64,000 bases of DNA, from the NCBI RefSeq assembly GCF_001194135.2, contig NC_068985.1, positions 107,275,365-107,339,364 on the forward strand. Reading direction: 5' to 3'. The notes below the pieces were generated by a model. The model was not told where the DNA came from, did no database searches, and saw only the letters and a program-made list of their open reading frames with translations. Positions 38,501-49,720 of this stretch are shown here, piece after piece (positions within the stretch are counted from its first letter, which is position 1; every line of letters begins with the position of its first letter). Position numbers and translations under genes: made by a program. Origin of the DNA: Octopus bimaculoides (Eukaryota).

Positions 38501-41500
38501 TTACCGAAACTTGGAGAGAAATTTTGTTGGCAGAAACGTTGCTACAACAATGTTTGAATACACTCTAAAGTGGTTGGCATTAGGAAGACCAGCTGTTGAA
38601 ATCATGCTGAAGCAGACATTGGAGTTTGATGCAGCTCTCTGTCTCGTCTGTTCATGTTGAACTAGGCAACTCATCCCAGCATGGAAAAGAGATTTTGATA
38701 TATAAATGGAAATCATGTTGACTGGGACCTGAACAGAAATACCTGTGGATATTTATATCACAGAGTTTTCTCCCCTCGTGCCAACGTTCATTTTACTTTC
38801 TGCATTAAGAAATATGTATGGGAATATTTTCTTTGATATAATATGGTGCCCTGGTATGGCTAAAGTCCATTAGCTGAAACTAATAAAGAGATTCATATTT
38901 ACAAACGTACTCAAATCAATTTAATTACTGTATTGTTGCTTCTGTGTTTTGTAGGGTGACATTCTGGATGTGAATGAAATCTTTCGAGAACTTGGGACCT
39001 TGATCCATGAACAGGGAGACGTAATAGGTGAATTTCATCTGTTTTTCTTTGTCTTATGTCATAGAATGCTGTCCTCTGGCTTGCAAGTTTCTGTCAAGCC
39101 GTCCAACCCGTGTCAGCATGAGTTAGATAGTTTGACAGAGGCCAGTGAGTCAGAAGACTGTGCCAAGCTTGACTGTCTGCTTTGGCATGGTTTCTATGGC
39201 TTGATGGCCTTCCTAATGCCATGCACTTCACAGAGCATACTGTGTACTATTTATTTCAGTCATGAAAATTTATAAAGTATCATTAAATAATAAGCACGTG
39301 CACTGGATTTATTTCACTTCTTCATTATTTGTCATTTGGTTAACTATTTTATCAATTAACTAATTGTTTGATTAAACATTCGGTTTTATCAATCAGTTAT
39401 GTTTATCAAAGGCCTTTCATTGCAACTTCAATGAATATGCACTCTCCATTTCAGATCAGCTTCAGGTCAATCAATTTGTTAATTGGTTAAATAGTTGAGC
39501 AATTGGCAGATAACTGAAATAGAACCAGTGCTTGTTTTTACTATAGGCAAGATACAACGCTCCCAAGATACAACAAAATCTGTTTCAATGCACAAATTCA
39601 CATCAAAAATCTTGCAAACCAAATACAAAAACAAAATATTAAATAACTTTTTGCTATTTTCCAGATTCCATTGAAGCCAATGTAGACAATGGATATTCAC
39701 GAGTTGAGAGTGGAATGCAGCAGTTAACTAAAGCTGCATCACATCAGGTGGGTTTTATGATATTTTGTTAACCAGAAAGCAGTTTTAGCCAGTGGCATGA
39801 TGGTTTCATTTATTTTCTTATATGTCACTATCTTGATTGTCAATACTAATGCATGAAATTCCTTCTATACTTTTTGCTTTTTCTTTTCAATTTCTCCCTT
39901 TATTTATCTAAGAAAGAAGTGGGTTAGAGCCTATAGCTATCTCAAGCGAGCCCAGAGTTAATTTGTAATAGATGAAAAGGGTTGGTTAATCTTCTGTTTT
40001 ATTTGTTGGAGACTAAAGATAAAACACACAGGGACTGTGGTTCTGGAGAAGCAAGAATTGTAGGTCTGAGATTGAAGTAATTAATGCACTGAAGCTGACT
40101 GGATAAGCTGTTGAGTTATTATTCTATCTTTCAGTCATAGTGTCCAGATCTTTCAGAGACTGTTTTCTAATATAGTGTTTTCTAAAGCTGGACACTTTCA
40201 GTTACTTAACACCAGAACTAACAAACGCTTATCTAGCCCAGTTCAATGTGTGTTTATTAAAGGCACACTAAGTTAGTGTGCTTTAATTAATTCCAGCTTG
40301 ACAAAGCTTTGTACATGCCAGCAAATTTATTTGCTGTTCACATATAAGAACAGTACTTATTGGTAAGGCTAGTGACCTAAGAATAAAGGATTCTGTGTCA
40401 TTCTGACAAAGCATAATGATGCAGAAATGTCCTACAGTTCGTTAATACCATTCACAACCCAGTTCAATAAGTTTCCTCATACATTGTCTATGAGAATTTC
40501 TCTTTGGAGATAATTACTACAGTGGAGGTATTTTCACATTTGGGTGTACAGAAACATGTTAATATAAATGTACAATTATTTTTGAAGTGTTTAGTGGGAG
40601 ATATTGTAAGAATGATAGGTGATTGAGAAATTATTGTATGAAAGAGCTTTAAGTATGTGTATGAGTAAGGAGTATAAAATAGAAGCAGCTGTTGGGAATA
40701 GAATTTTAAAACAAGCTAATGTTTGGTCCTTAAGACTTAAACAAGCCTTTGTTGCTTTACATACCAAATAAGTTACATCAAATGCTGAATTATTTTTATT
40801 GTAAATCACATTATTGATAGGAACCCTGGAAGGGCAGAGTGCAATATCTAAACCAACATTGCTATTGATTTAGGTTTTTTAGTTTCTTTTTTGGAATGTT
40901 TCATGTTTTCCACAAATGTGAAACTGGTCCACAGCCTGATGAAGGTCAGGTTTTGGACAGTTCCTTTCATTGGGGAAAGATTCTAACAGCACACTTTTTG
41001 TGCATCGCACAGCCTGCAAGCCCTCTTGCCTCTGATCCTTCTAGTCCCTTGCCAAGAGAATCTCTACCAACTTTACAGAATCCTGCTAATCATCACTCTT
41101 CAACCGACATGGCTCCGTAAGTAACACACTTGCAGAGATAGCTTCCATATTTGCTGCCCACTTTGCCTCCAATTCCACAAGACTTCTTTAAACTTCTCTT
41201 CTTCAATCCTCATGTACATATATATGTATCAAGTACAAAACCTTCAGTCATTTCAATCCAACAAAGGCACTGACAGTATCCCTTCCATTTACCCTTGAAT
41301 ATTTTGCTCCAGTGCTGCTCTCTATCCATGCAATTCCATCCACACAGGAATCCATCCTTATCTTACAAAACTTTGTGTGTTCCATTTCGAGGAAGAGCAC
41401 CGTCTCTCTCACTATCAACCTGTCACTTAACAATCACCTTCTCCAACAATTCAAGTCCTTCTCCTTCCTTGGTTTCTGTAGATTCAAATCACCCCCACCA

Positions 41501-44500
41501 CACTGACCTACACCAGCTTTAGTATGTCCTAATGTTTAGTTATGGTTCCACATTTTCCCCGTTTGTATATTACCAACCTGCTTACTGTCGTCCATAACTA
41601 TACTCTCACCAATATAGCTATTACTCTGCATTCCTCCTTAACTTTCTACACACAATTGTCATTCATATACAACCTTGATACTTTGTATCAAACGTATGCT
41701 GCTTTCATGAACTAAAACTTTGGAAACCTTTTCTAATGGGGGCATGGCAATTTTGTCTCCTTCAACAACACAAAGATACAGTTACTGAATATACCAAGGA
41801 AATCGTCTTGTACCTTCACCATCTTGAATAATAATCAATAAAAGATGTCAAAACTGCTACAAATACTCAGATGCACAATTACTGGTGATTATTTACTTAG
41901 AATATAAAAGCTACATTCCAAAGGCTTGTTTTCCACTTCAGGATTAGAAAATATTCAGCTTTGAACTGATGCAGGTCCACTGCAAAGCTCATATGAGACC
42001 CACAATGAAAATACTGCTTCCACATCTAGTTTGTGTTGCTGCACAAGCAAACACCTTAGATTGCATACAAAAAGAAGCCATATGGCAGATTGACAAAGAC
42101 TCGTCAACCTACTTCAGTCTCTAACCCACAGGTGTCTTGTATCTTCACTATGTCTTTTTTTTACCACTCAACAAACTCAATCTGACCTATGCAAGGATGG
42201 GGAAATGGATTTTGAATTATCAATCTCATCAGTTTCAGAACCTTTGTGAATGTCATGGGTTCAACTCTCTCTTAACTAAACATTTAAAAATATATATTCT
42301 GTTAAATGATGATGATGAATATTTATATCAGGATTGCCAAATAATCCAAGATGCCAGGCTCAATCAGAACATTGAATTTTCTAGATCATGAATGTGGGTG
42401 TAGGTTTGGATCCCATGCTTGTTAGGTAATTTTTTTTTTAAGGCACAGGTGGCTGTGTGGTAAATTTGCTTCCCAATCACTAGGTTCCTTGGGTCAGTCC
42501 TTCTGCATGGCACCTTGGGTAAGTATCCTAAGTCAACCAAAACTTTGTGAGTGGATTTGGTAGGTGGAAACTGAAAGAAGCCTATCATGTGTGCATGCAT
42601 GCACACACATACATGTAGGCATGCATATGTGTTTGTCCCCCCACTACTCTCACTATTGCTTGACAACTGATGTTGCTTTGTTTATGTCCCTGTAACTTAG
42701 CAGTTTGGCAAAGAGATCAATAGTGTTAAAAGATAAAGACTGGAACTGGTTCACTCAAAACCTTTCAAGGTGTTGCCCCAGCATGGCTACAGTCCAATGA
42801 CTGAAACAAGAGGAAGATAAATACATTATTGCATTTTGCACAATTTGCTTATAGTCATAGTGTTTCTTCTTCAGTCCATTCTGTACATATACATGCCAAG
42901 TGCTAAACCTCCAGTCACTTCAGTTCAAGAAAGGTACTGATATCCCTTCTATTTCCCCTAAGTTTTGTGCTCCAGTACTAGCCCTTATACATGCTGTTCT
43001 CCCTACAAGAATCTTTCCTGATCTTTCAGTTCATTCCCAAGAATTGCAACTTCTCAGTCCTCACCAGCTACCAACTTATCACTTACCAACCAACTTCTCC
43101 AACACTTCAAGTCTTATTCCTTCATCATTCATCAAGGTGAACTAGATCCAAGTAGATACATTTTCTAACATTAAAAGGTACCCACGACTCTGGGATTTAT
43201 ATCAACCAGCAAACAATAGCAACAGTTGTTACAGGCAATCATTGAACTGCCATGTTTCTGATGATAGTAACGCTAAAGTATCTGCAACTCCATGGGGAAC
43301 AAACAGTACTGTAGGAGACTATTAAGACCACCTGTTTTAGTTATCTTGCTGTTGTACATTGCCAAAAGATGCACAGAGATAGACGTTGCACAGTAGTTGG
43401 GTAAAGAAGATTCATGTGGAAGGAACCTGCAGAATAAAAAGACCAAGGAAGGTATAGGAAAAAGCAGTGAAAGCTGGTCTCAGACAACTGAACCTCTCAA
43501 AGATGACAAAGGCTCGCAACTGCTGATGGGACCTTATACTGGAGAAGACCCATTGTCGGCACAGATATGACTGTATGATTAAGAAGTTTGCTTTCCAACC
43601 ACATGGTTTCAGGTTCAGTCCCACTGCATGACACTTTGAGCACATGTCTTCTTAGTGGACCGACCAAAACCTTATGAGTGGATTTGATAGACAGAAACTG
43701 ACAAGTTGTGTGTGTTTCACTATCATACAAGCAATGTCATTCATTTCTGATATTCCATGGAAATATATCTGGCCTTGAGGAAATATTACCTTACTTGGAA
43801 ACAGGTGAGGGTTGGCAACAGGAAAGACATCCAGCTTATGTAATCATGGAAAAGTAGATGCTAAAAACAATGATGGGCTTCCATGCAGTTTGTGTGTACC
43901 ATATTCTGTGCACAAGATTTTAGTCAACTCAGAATCATAGTAAAAGATACCTACTCAAGGATCCACATAGGGTAATCAAACCTGGTACCTTGTACTTGCA
44001 AAGCAAACTCTTACTTTTTTCTTTAATACACACTCATGTTTGTGCCAACATATTTACCTTGTATTTTCATATTTGTTCTTTGATCAGAATAAATTGCTCA
44101 GCCGGACTTGACGAAGGACTTTATACCTTAAAGTCTTTCAACTGTTTAGATGGCATACTAGATAAAGTAGATGATTTGTACTTGAGTCATCATTTATTTA
44201 ATGTTGATATGGTTGTAAAGAAATGATAGTTGAATTAAGAAAGGGCTGGAAGAAATTCAGGACACTGTTACCTTTGTTGGCAACAAAAGCATCTCTCTAT
44301 ATCTGTCTATTTATCTACCTATCCACGTGAAAGGTAGACTGTTATATGAAGCCTATGTTAAGATTTGGCAGTCTATGTGGTATTGAGACATGGAGCATTG
44401 GATGTGGAAGATCTGTGAAGAATGCTGAAATGTATTGGGTGTGTGAACGGAGAGTGGCTGAGTGTTACACATTTTAGGTAATGAATGCAAGGGAGATAAC

Positions 44501-46358
44501 TACATTGTGGACGTAATGTAAATGGTATTAAGTGAATAATTATCTTATGATGTATGCATAAGTGTATGCAACTGAGAAAGAGGTGGAGAGAAGTGAAGTT
44601 ACATTTTCAGTTCACCTGAATTGTCCTTCCATTTTTGTTCATTTAAAATTAAAGCGTGGTTGTGTGTTAAATTTGCTTCCCAGTCACATGGCACTGAATT
44701 CAGTCCCACTGCAGGACACTTAGGGCAAGTGTCTTTTTACCCATGGCCCTGGGCCAACCCAAGTCTTGTGAGCAGATTTGGTTCACAGGAATTGAAAGAA
44801 ACCTGTCGTAAATGTGTTTTTGTTTGTCCTCCACTATTATTGCTTGACAACCGGTATTGGTTTGTTTATGTTGCCATAACTTAGCACGTTGGCCTTTGGC
44901 ATAAAATACTAAGAGAATATGTTGCCTGGCTTAAAAAGAAAAAGTACTGGGGTCAATTCACTTGACTAAAATCCCTGAAAGCGGTACCCCAGCATGGCTG
45001 CTGTCCAGTGACTGAAACAAAAGAAAATAAGATGTGCTTACAGGTCTGTATATAGGCATGTACATATGGATATGTTACTCTTAGACATGTTAGCATTTAT
45101 GTATATGTGTGTGTATATATATATATAATCACACACGTGATTATATATCAAACACCAACATTTAATGTGTGTGTGTGAATGTAGGGATATGTCTCTGTGA
45201 ATGTGGATGTGCTCTTTTCTGGTACAGTTGTGTGAGTAGGCATGTATGTTCATAAATCTCATTTACTGTTACTAGCTCATATTTCATTGTATTCAAAATT
45301 TAAGAGTATTCTATTGTCTTAATACTTGATCATCGTAAACATTGTTGTGCTGTGCTTAATCTGTATCAGCTTGAACATACCAATATTAAAAGAAGAAGCA
45401 TAACCCTTGTGTTTCTCTTTTGACTTGGTAAATATAAGTTTGCCACAGAATACATTCGTTAAATGTGTTTGTAAAGAATTTTAGATGGAAAAGTAGCAAC
45501 AAGTCTTCTGATGTGAATCAAAATATGTAATAGAAAGAAATGTAACCTAGTCAGTAGTTATGTAGCTCCTCCATTGTAAGAAGCCTATTCTATTCTGGCT
45601 CCTTCTTTCCTACTTTAAATTTTTGTCTCATAAAGCTGCTTCTCTTTCTACTGTAGTCCAGTTCAATTGGGGAAAATCTTAATCATGCAATCAGCATGGT
45701 GACCTCACAAGTGCTAGTGCCATGGGGAAAAAAAGCACTCAAAACAATGGTTGGTATTAGGAACCAGCTTTAGAAACCATGCCAAAGTAAACAAGGCAAT
45801 TTGCAGTCCCTCGACCCTGTCAAACCATCCAACCTATGCCAGCATGGAAAATGGGTGTTTAAAGAGGACGATGATGGCCATTTGTGTTCAATGGAACAGA
45901 AGTCACTGTAATAAATGAAAGGAAGACTTATCTTAATGGTTGCTCTAATAATTGGGGTTTGTGTGGTATGGAGGGTATAATCTATATTTTTACTCTTTGA
46001 TTATTGCTCCCTGTCAGCTGTCATTTACTCCACCATTTCTCTGCTTTCTGTGGATTTGAGTTTACCATGAACTTTTGTATGATTAAGCATCAGTATTTAG
46101 CTATACTGTAGGACCCTTGTCACCTTAATACTTCTAACTACTTTACGTCTGTGGCCATGCTGTAGCATCCATCTTGCTCTAGCATTTGTCTTTGTAGTCA
46201 CACCCCAGCAATTCTGACCAATCCTAACAAATGTTGTAGCTACTTCCCTAGGGTAGGACAACAAATGCATTGCTGTGACAGTCCTTGCTTACTTTTGCTG
46301 TGGTTGCCACCAAAATCTATGTGAAGGAGCCTGAAATAGGTAGAAATAGATTGTCAAG

Positions 46359-46403
<45 letters not shown>

Positions 46404-46827
46404 GTGTGTAGACGTTCACACTTTACTCTTTATTACGATTCATCACTGTACATTGTAGCATGCAGTATAGTCATCAGTTAGGCAGAGACCTGATATAATT
46501 TGAAAGATGAATCTATGGAATCGTACCGCATTCAAATAGCTACCTGTGTGCCATGAGATTGTTCTATCAGAGCTAACCTGCGATTGTACAACTATTACTT
46601 TTGCTAACACTTGTTTGTCATTATGTGAATCCTCCCTGATCCCTCATATCATGACTCTTCCCTAGTTTGTTTTCACTCCCTCCATTCCAAGTATGTATAA
46701 AAATGAATAATCTTATTGTTCTCTTTTCCAGAAAAAGTACCGTAAGAAGTTATGTCTGCTGCTGCTGATAGTGGTGGTGATTCTCGTTGTTTTAGGTATC
46801 ATTATATACTTCACTCTACAGAAATAG
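21343..46827 (+). CDS. Endosomal Qa-SNARE syntaxin (Syx13/TSNARE1/STX7/STX12 family), 10 coding exons, 279 aa
   Basis: join(21343-21433,26664-26729,30750-30819,32134-32221,33956-34030,35055-35126,37698-37823,38955-39027,39665-39747,46732-46827) = 840 nt, all GT-AG, phases 1,1,2,0,0,0,0,1,0. Protein: MSKAGKYGSTVREYRDDPDYGDTRNSDPENSNLYVDEILKQIGNNVFKINNGANNLNKAMKIIGTERDSNVLRDRIHETSQSTNEIVTETANLVKKIVRNRKLTQNRKFELERLRNDFEESFKKFTELQKKAAEKVRTAKPLRPPPGESLIDFEDDDQESLLQRQQREEQLMQQQEIIEEDTALILEREERIRQLEGDILDVNEIFRELGTLIHEQGDVIDSIEANVDNGYSRVESGMQQLTKAASHQKKYRKKLCLLLLIVVVILVVLGIIIYFTLQK. The family is clear but exact orthology is not, so no symbol is given. Confidence 0.93.
23118..23520 (+). mobile_element. 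tRNA/CORE-like SINE with internal (TA)n
   Basis: ggcatggctgtgtagtaaaaagcttgcttcccaacc...ttgggcaagtgtcttctactatagcctc...gaaacaagtaaaaga. Further copies at about 24505-24870, 26860-27010, 35210-35400, 37960-38110 and 43575-43700. Confidence 0.75.
24997..25375 (-). mobile_element. Full-length young tRNA-derived SINE (third family) with 14-bp TSD, nested in an older SINE
   Basis: Minus-strand head tggaggcgcaatggcccagtggttagggc...ggtttcgattccc carries A/B boxes. TSD CTATTGATAAAATG at 24983-24996 and 25376-25389. Confidence 0.9.
25690..26430 (+). repeat. Head-to-tail array of about 4-5 partial/full SINE units separated by (TAT)n linkers
   Basis: Recurrent ggcagaattatta / gagttcaaatt / ggccttg..cctata.tagaaa..attattatt motifs. 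Confidence 0.7.
26664..26729 (+). CDS. Syntaxin coding exon 2
   Basis: ttttctgcag|GT AAC...GGA G|gtaaga; (S)NLYVDEILKQIGNNVFKINNG. Confidence 0.9.
28451..28810 (-). mobile_element. RTE-tailed SINE-like repeat with internal tandem units
   Basis: Same family as 3259-3610. Confidence 0.75.
30750..30819 (+). CDS. Syntaxin coding exon 3
   Basis: ccatttcag|CT AAT...AGA AT|gtgagt; (A)NNLNKAMKIIGTERDSNVLRDR(I), with the conserved GT..DS..LR motif. Confidence 0.92.
32134..32221 (+). CDS. Syntaxin coding exon 4
   Basis: cgcttttcag|A CAT...ACG CAG|gtcagt; HETSQSTNEIVTETANLVKKIVRNRKLTQ. Confidence 0.9.
32331..32707 (+). mobile_element. Well-preserved tRNA/CORE-like SINE
   Basis: atggctgtgtggtaagtagcttgc...ggttcagtcccactgcg..ccttgggcaagtg...gactgaaacaagtaaaaagag. 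Confidence 0.8.
32880..33480. repeat. Old inverted pair of an unclassified ~230-bp repeat, possibly Penelope-like pseudo-LTR
   Basis: The reverse complement of about 32950-33075 aligns by eye with about 33340-33480 (gtgtaacta...atctgac...agagcc.agtt..atgttctta). A homolog lies at 40270-40590. Confidence 0.55.
33590..33790 (+). mobile_element. Non-autonomous Helentron/DINE-like element remnant
   Basis: ...ctgaaagtttcatccaaatccatccagcagttcttgagatatcttg..ggacaaacaaac...gaaaacaatacctc, followed by a short terminal hairpin gccttcat-ttac-atgaaagc. The family assignment is by resemblance only. Confidence 0.45.
33956..34030 (+). CDS. Syntaxin coding exon 5
   Basis: ccattcttcag|AAC...AAA|gtgagt; NRKFELERLRNDFEESFKKFTELQK (Hc helix ERL..DF motif). 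Confidence 0.93.
34330..34790 (-). mobile_element. Two tandem RTE-tailed SINE-like copies
   Basis: The ggctccaatctgatttggcagagtttctacagctggatgcccttcc block occurs twice, with a (CAT)n tail at about 34633. Confidence 0.75.
35055..35126 (+). CDS. Syntaxin coding exon 6
   Basis: ttcctgtgtgtag|AAA...GAG|gtaagt; KAAEKVRTAKPLRPPPGESLIDFE. Confidence 0.88.
35541..35906 (+). mobile_element. Young tRNA-derived SINE, same family as 24997-25375 but opposite orientation
   Basis: tggaggtgcaatggcccagtggttagggcagcgg...; roughly 90-95% identical to the 25-kb copy, with a short deletion near the 3' end. Confidence 0.9.
36173..36283 (+). mobile_element. Truncated young RTE-tail copy
   Basis: ggagcctggtgttgcc...gcggacgttaaac(gat)n. 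Confidence 0.85.
37698..37823 (+). CDS. Syntaxin coding exon 7
   Basis: (ct)n tccctag|GAT...GAG|gtggga; DDDQESLLQRQQREEQLMQQQEIIEEDTALILEREERIRQLE. Confidence 0.93.
38955..39027 (+). CDS. Syntaxin coding exon 8 (SNARE motif, zero-layer Gln)
   Basis: gtgttttgtag|GGT...ATA G|gtgaat; GDILDVNEIFRELGTLIHEQGDVI. Confidence 0.95.
39665..39747 (+). CDS. Syntaxin coding exon 9
   Basis: ctattttccag|AT TCC...CAG|gtgggt; (D)SIEANVDNGYSRVESGMQQLTKAASHQ. Confidence 0.95.
40050..40590 (+). repeat. Tandem-like copies of the repeat family at 32880-33480
   Basis: tagtgtgc...attcca.cttgacaaagctttg.ac.tgccagcaaat is shared with 33245-33310, and the cccagttcaat motif recurs about 220 bp apart. Confidence 0.5.
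40900..41560 (-). mobile_element. Decayed LINE C-terminal fragment
   Basis: Minus strand gives IEEEKFKEVLW...QVCYLRSHVG...RGKRACRLCDAQK, resembling the post-RT R..G...CRLC cysteine motif of non-LTR elements. Confidence 0.45.
41880..42190 (+). mobile_element. CR1/L2-group LINE RT C-terminal fragment
   Basis: HCKAHMRPTM(E)YCFHI...LDCIQKEAIWQI...LQSLTHRCLVSSLCLF resembles the conserved YK..RP.MEYC.HIW...LDR.Q..A..L...LQ.L.HRR pattern. Confidence 0.7.
42445..42820 (+). mobile_element. tRNA/CORE-like SINE
   Basis: Homologous to 32331-32707. Confidence 0.7.
43320..43560 (+). mobile_element. RTE LINE ORF C-terminal fragment
   Basis: GTCRIKRPRKV*EKAVKAGLRQLNL..MTKAR..W; compare RRGKPRKTWDEVVRTNLRLLGL..MTMDR in the 53-kb copy. 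Confidence 0.65.
44650..45030 (+). mobile_element. tRNA/CORE-like SINE
   Basis: Homologous to 32331-32707. Confidence 0.7.
46732..46827 (+). CDS. Syntaxin coding exon 10 (TM anchor and stop)
   Basis: ctcttttccag|AAA AAG TAC...AAA TAG; KKYRKKLCLLLLIVVVILVVLGIIIYFTLQK*. Confidence 0.95.
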   Translation, partial: KKYRKKLCLLLLIVVVILVVLGIIIYFTLQK

Positions 46828-47179
46828 ACCAAAAACTGGATGTGAACTGTGATGATGGTTGTGGTGGTGGACACTGTAACACAGTTTCACTGTCCCTCAT
46901 ACTGTCTCCCCTCCTCCTTCCTCTGTGTCGCTGCTAAGTACACATCTATTAGTTGGTATACACACAGACACAATTGTATACCAATTCCTATACACTTGTG
47001 GTTGCACATGCATCCAGTTTCAGACACACACATGGACAACTGCATATCACATCATGTTACATCAAACATATAATTCTAAAAACAAATTGTTGGCTGCATC
47101 AGCAACAGCTAAAAAACTCAGTTTTTTTTTTTTTTTACAAGATAAAAAAAAAATTTTGCAAATTTAATTGAACAATGAA

Positions 47180-47185
47180 AATAAA
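47180..47185 (+). promoter_or_regulatory. Candidate polyadenylation signal for the syntaxin mRNA
   Basis: AATAAA about 350 nt after the stop, followed by UG-rich sequence. The DNA is AT-rich, so specificity is low. Confidence 0.3.
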
Positions 47186-47398
47186 ATTACTTTGACAATG
47201 TGATTGTTGAAAACCTTGTCCAAGCCACAATTATGTGTTTGTGTGTGCACACACACATATGTATATATGTTACATGCATATGCACAAACACAAACACACA
47301 TTATGCATGCACACTCATACATGGATACTTCTCATATGTATTGAATATATCTTTATATATCTCTTCAGTTTATCTTGAAAAATTATTTTTGTTATTAC

Positions 47399-47429
<31 letters not shown>

Positions 47430-47432
<3 letters not shown>

Positions 47433-48280
47433 GCAGCAAGCTGGCAGAACTGTTAGTCATTTGTACAAAATGCTTAGTGGCATTTCTTCTAATTCTTTAC
47501 ATTCTGAGTTCAAATTCCGCCAAGGTCAACTTTGCCTTTCATTTTTTTCAGGGTCAGTGAAATAGGTACCAGTTGAGCTCTAAGGTTACTGAAATTAAAT
47601 AGTCCCCTCTCCCAGAATTTCAGGTCTTGTGCCTATAGCAGAAAGGATTATTATTATTATTGAAGTTCAAATGCCATGTGATATCAATTAAAAAAACTTA
47701 ACTAGATCCAGTCATGTCCTGGATCTATTTAATCAACTGTACCCTCACCTATCAAATTATCTTGTTCCAATGTTAGAAATATTTCTATCAGAGAGTACAG
47801 TGAATGGCAGAATTATAGAGCACCAGATAAAAAAATATCTTGTGATATTTAGTCAAGGCCCTTTGTGTCAAGGGCTTTGACTTTCACAGTTAAAAATATA
47901 ACCTTGTACTTTATAAGTTCAAATTCATCCAAAGTTGACTTTACTTTTCATCCCTCTGCAATCAATAAAATAAAGTATCTGTCAAGTACTAGGATGAATG
48001 TAATTGACTTATTCCTCTCACTATTATTGTCCTTGTGTCAAATTTAAAACTGCTATTAAAGTATTGAGCTGACAGAATTGTTAGCATACCATACAAAATG
48101 CTTAACAGCATTTCATCAGATTTTTATGTTCTGAGTTCAAATTCTGCCAAGGTTAACTTTGCCTTTTATCCTCTCAGTTAATAAAATAAGTACTAATCAA
48201 GCATTAGGGTTGATTTAATCAGCTAACCCCATCCCCCAAATTTCAGGCCTTGTACCTATAATAGAAAGGATTATTATTCC
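47430..48280 (+). repeat. Head-to-tail array of about 3-4 decayed SINE units
   Basis: Same unit as 25690-26430, with the first unit starting after a (TAT)n run. Confidence 0.7.
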
Positions 48281-49429
48281 TATTGTTTTCATAGCAACTG
48301 ATAGCCAGTGCAGATCATGCTATACGCTTTGCTGTATTGTTCTGAGATCATACGTTAACAAGGTCAAATTTGACCTTAATCTTTCTGGAGAAAATAAAAA
48401 TGAAATACCAGTTGACTACTGGTGTTGATTTAATTCATCATACCCTCTTCCCAAATTCATGGCTTTGTGCCTCTTTGAGAAATCATCAACATTATTATTT
48501 TTTGAATGACCAAATATACAAACTCAGAAAAACAACAAGAAGCAACAAAATCCAAACGCATAGTGAAGTGATTTCTACATTTTTATCTTACACATTTATA
48601 CAGTCACATAACAATGAACAATGAAACCATATACAGATACATTTGTGTCAAAAATACATATATACATACAATCACATGTATGTGTATGTAATTATATATA
48701 TATATATAACAAAATATTGAATTTATGTTAATAAAGTTCATATTTTCATATGAACTGCTGCTTTTAAAATCGTTATATATTTCAGTGTTTTTATTTCTTT
48801 GATAAGTTTTAAAATGTGAAATTTACACATAACTACATGTATGTAAGAGAGAGAATTGACAATTTCAAGTTGTTTCATAACAGCACAAGATACAGGAGAG
48901 AAAGTAAGAGTGACCTAGGTTGAATAGCTTTTCTGGCAGATGAAACTTTTGACTTATATGCCTGCTGTATCATTGCCTAACAATATTTTTTCCTCATATA
49001 AGATGTCAATGCATACCAACTGGTTTTGATATATTGTGAGGAACTTTCTACATGGTTGCTCAACTTGCAAGAAATAGCTGCCAGATTTCCTTCTTCATAT
49101 GAAATTGTTATGATTGGAATGCTTCTTATCATCTGATAAGGAGCAGTTGTAGAATATGAATGAATTTTTCTTAATCATTTGAATAACATTCTGTGGAAAG
49201 GAGCACCATGTGTAGAGGAGTCGGCACCTAACCAGAATTGAAATATTACATGTCTCTGCAAAGAGTCGGCCACAATCAGAATTGAAATATTACATGTCTC
49301 TGCAAAGAAACTGCACATAGTCATAATAACAAGTCAATTACTGTATCTGAGGGCATATAAGACCGAAGGAATGTCTTGAAAGAAAAAATCACCCTTGGTC
49401 CTGTATACAAAGTTAGGCCTATAAACTGG

Positions 49430-49720
49430 CAGTTGGTTACGACAATGAGGGTTTAATTAACGGCCTACTCATGAAATTAACATGCGAGTAGCTGAGCACT
49501 CCACAGACACGCATACTATTAACGTAGTTCTCGGAGATTCAGCGTGACACAGAATGTGACAAGGCCGGTCCTTTGAAATACAGGTACTACTCATTTTTGC
49601 TATCTGATTGGACTGGAGCAACATGAAATAATGTGTCTTACTCAAGGACAAGGTACTGCTGGGAATCGAGCTCACAGCTTTCTGATCATGAGCCAAACAA
49701 ACTAACCTCTCAGCCACATG
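49430..49720 (-). mobile_element. SINE sharing its 3' domain with the 24997-25375 family but with a different head
   Basis: gaaattaacatgcgagtagctgagcactccacagacac...gtagttctcggagattcagc.tgacacag..tgtgacaagg is shared; the head diverges. Confidence 0.6.

Noticed and set aside
44105-44145. TTGACGA-stem-loop resembling a hammerhead
   Set aside because: There is a 9-bp stem but no following GAAA and no stem III; insufficient evidence.
46752-47171. Overlapping ORFs at the syntaxin last exon and 3' UTR, and possible stop read-through
   Set aside because: These are alternative frames of the TM exon and UTR. Read-through would add only a few residues and the context is not a known leaky one.
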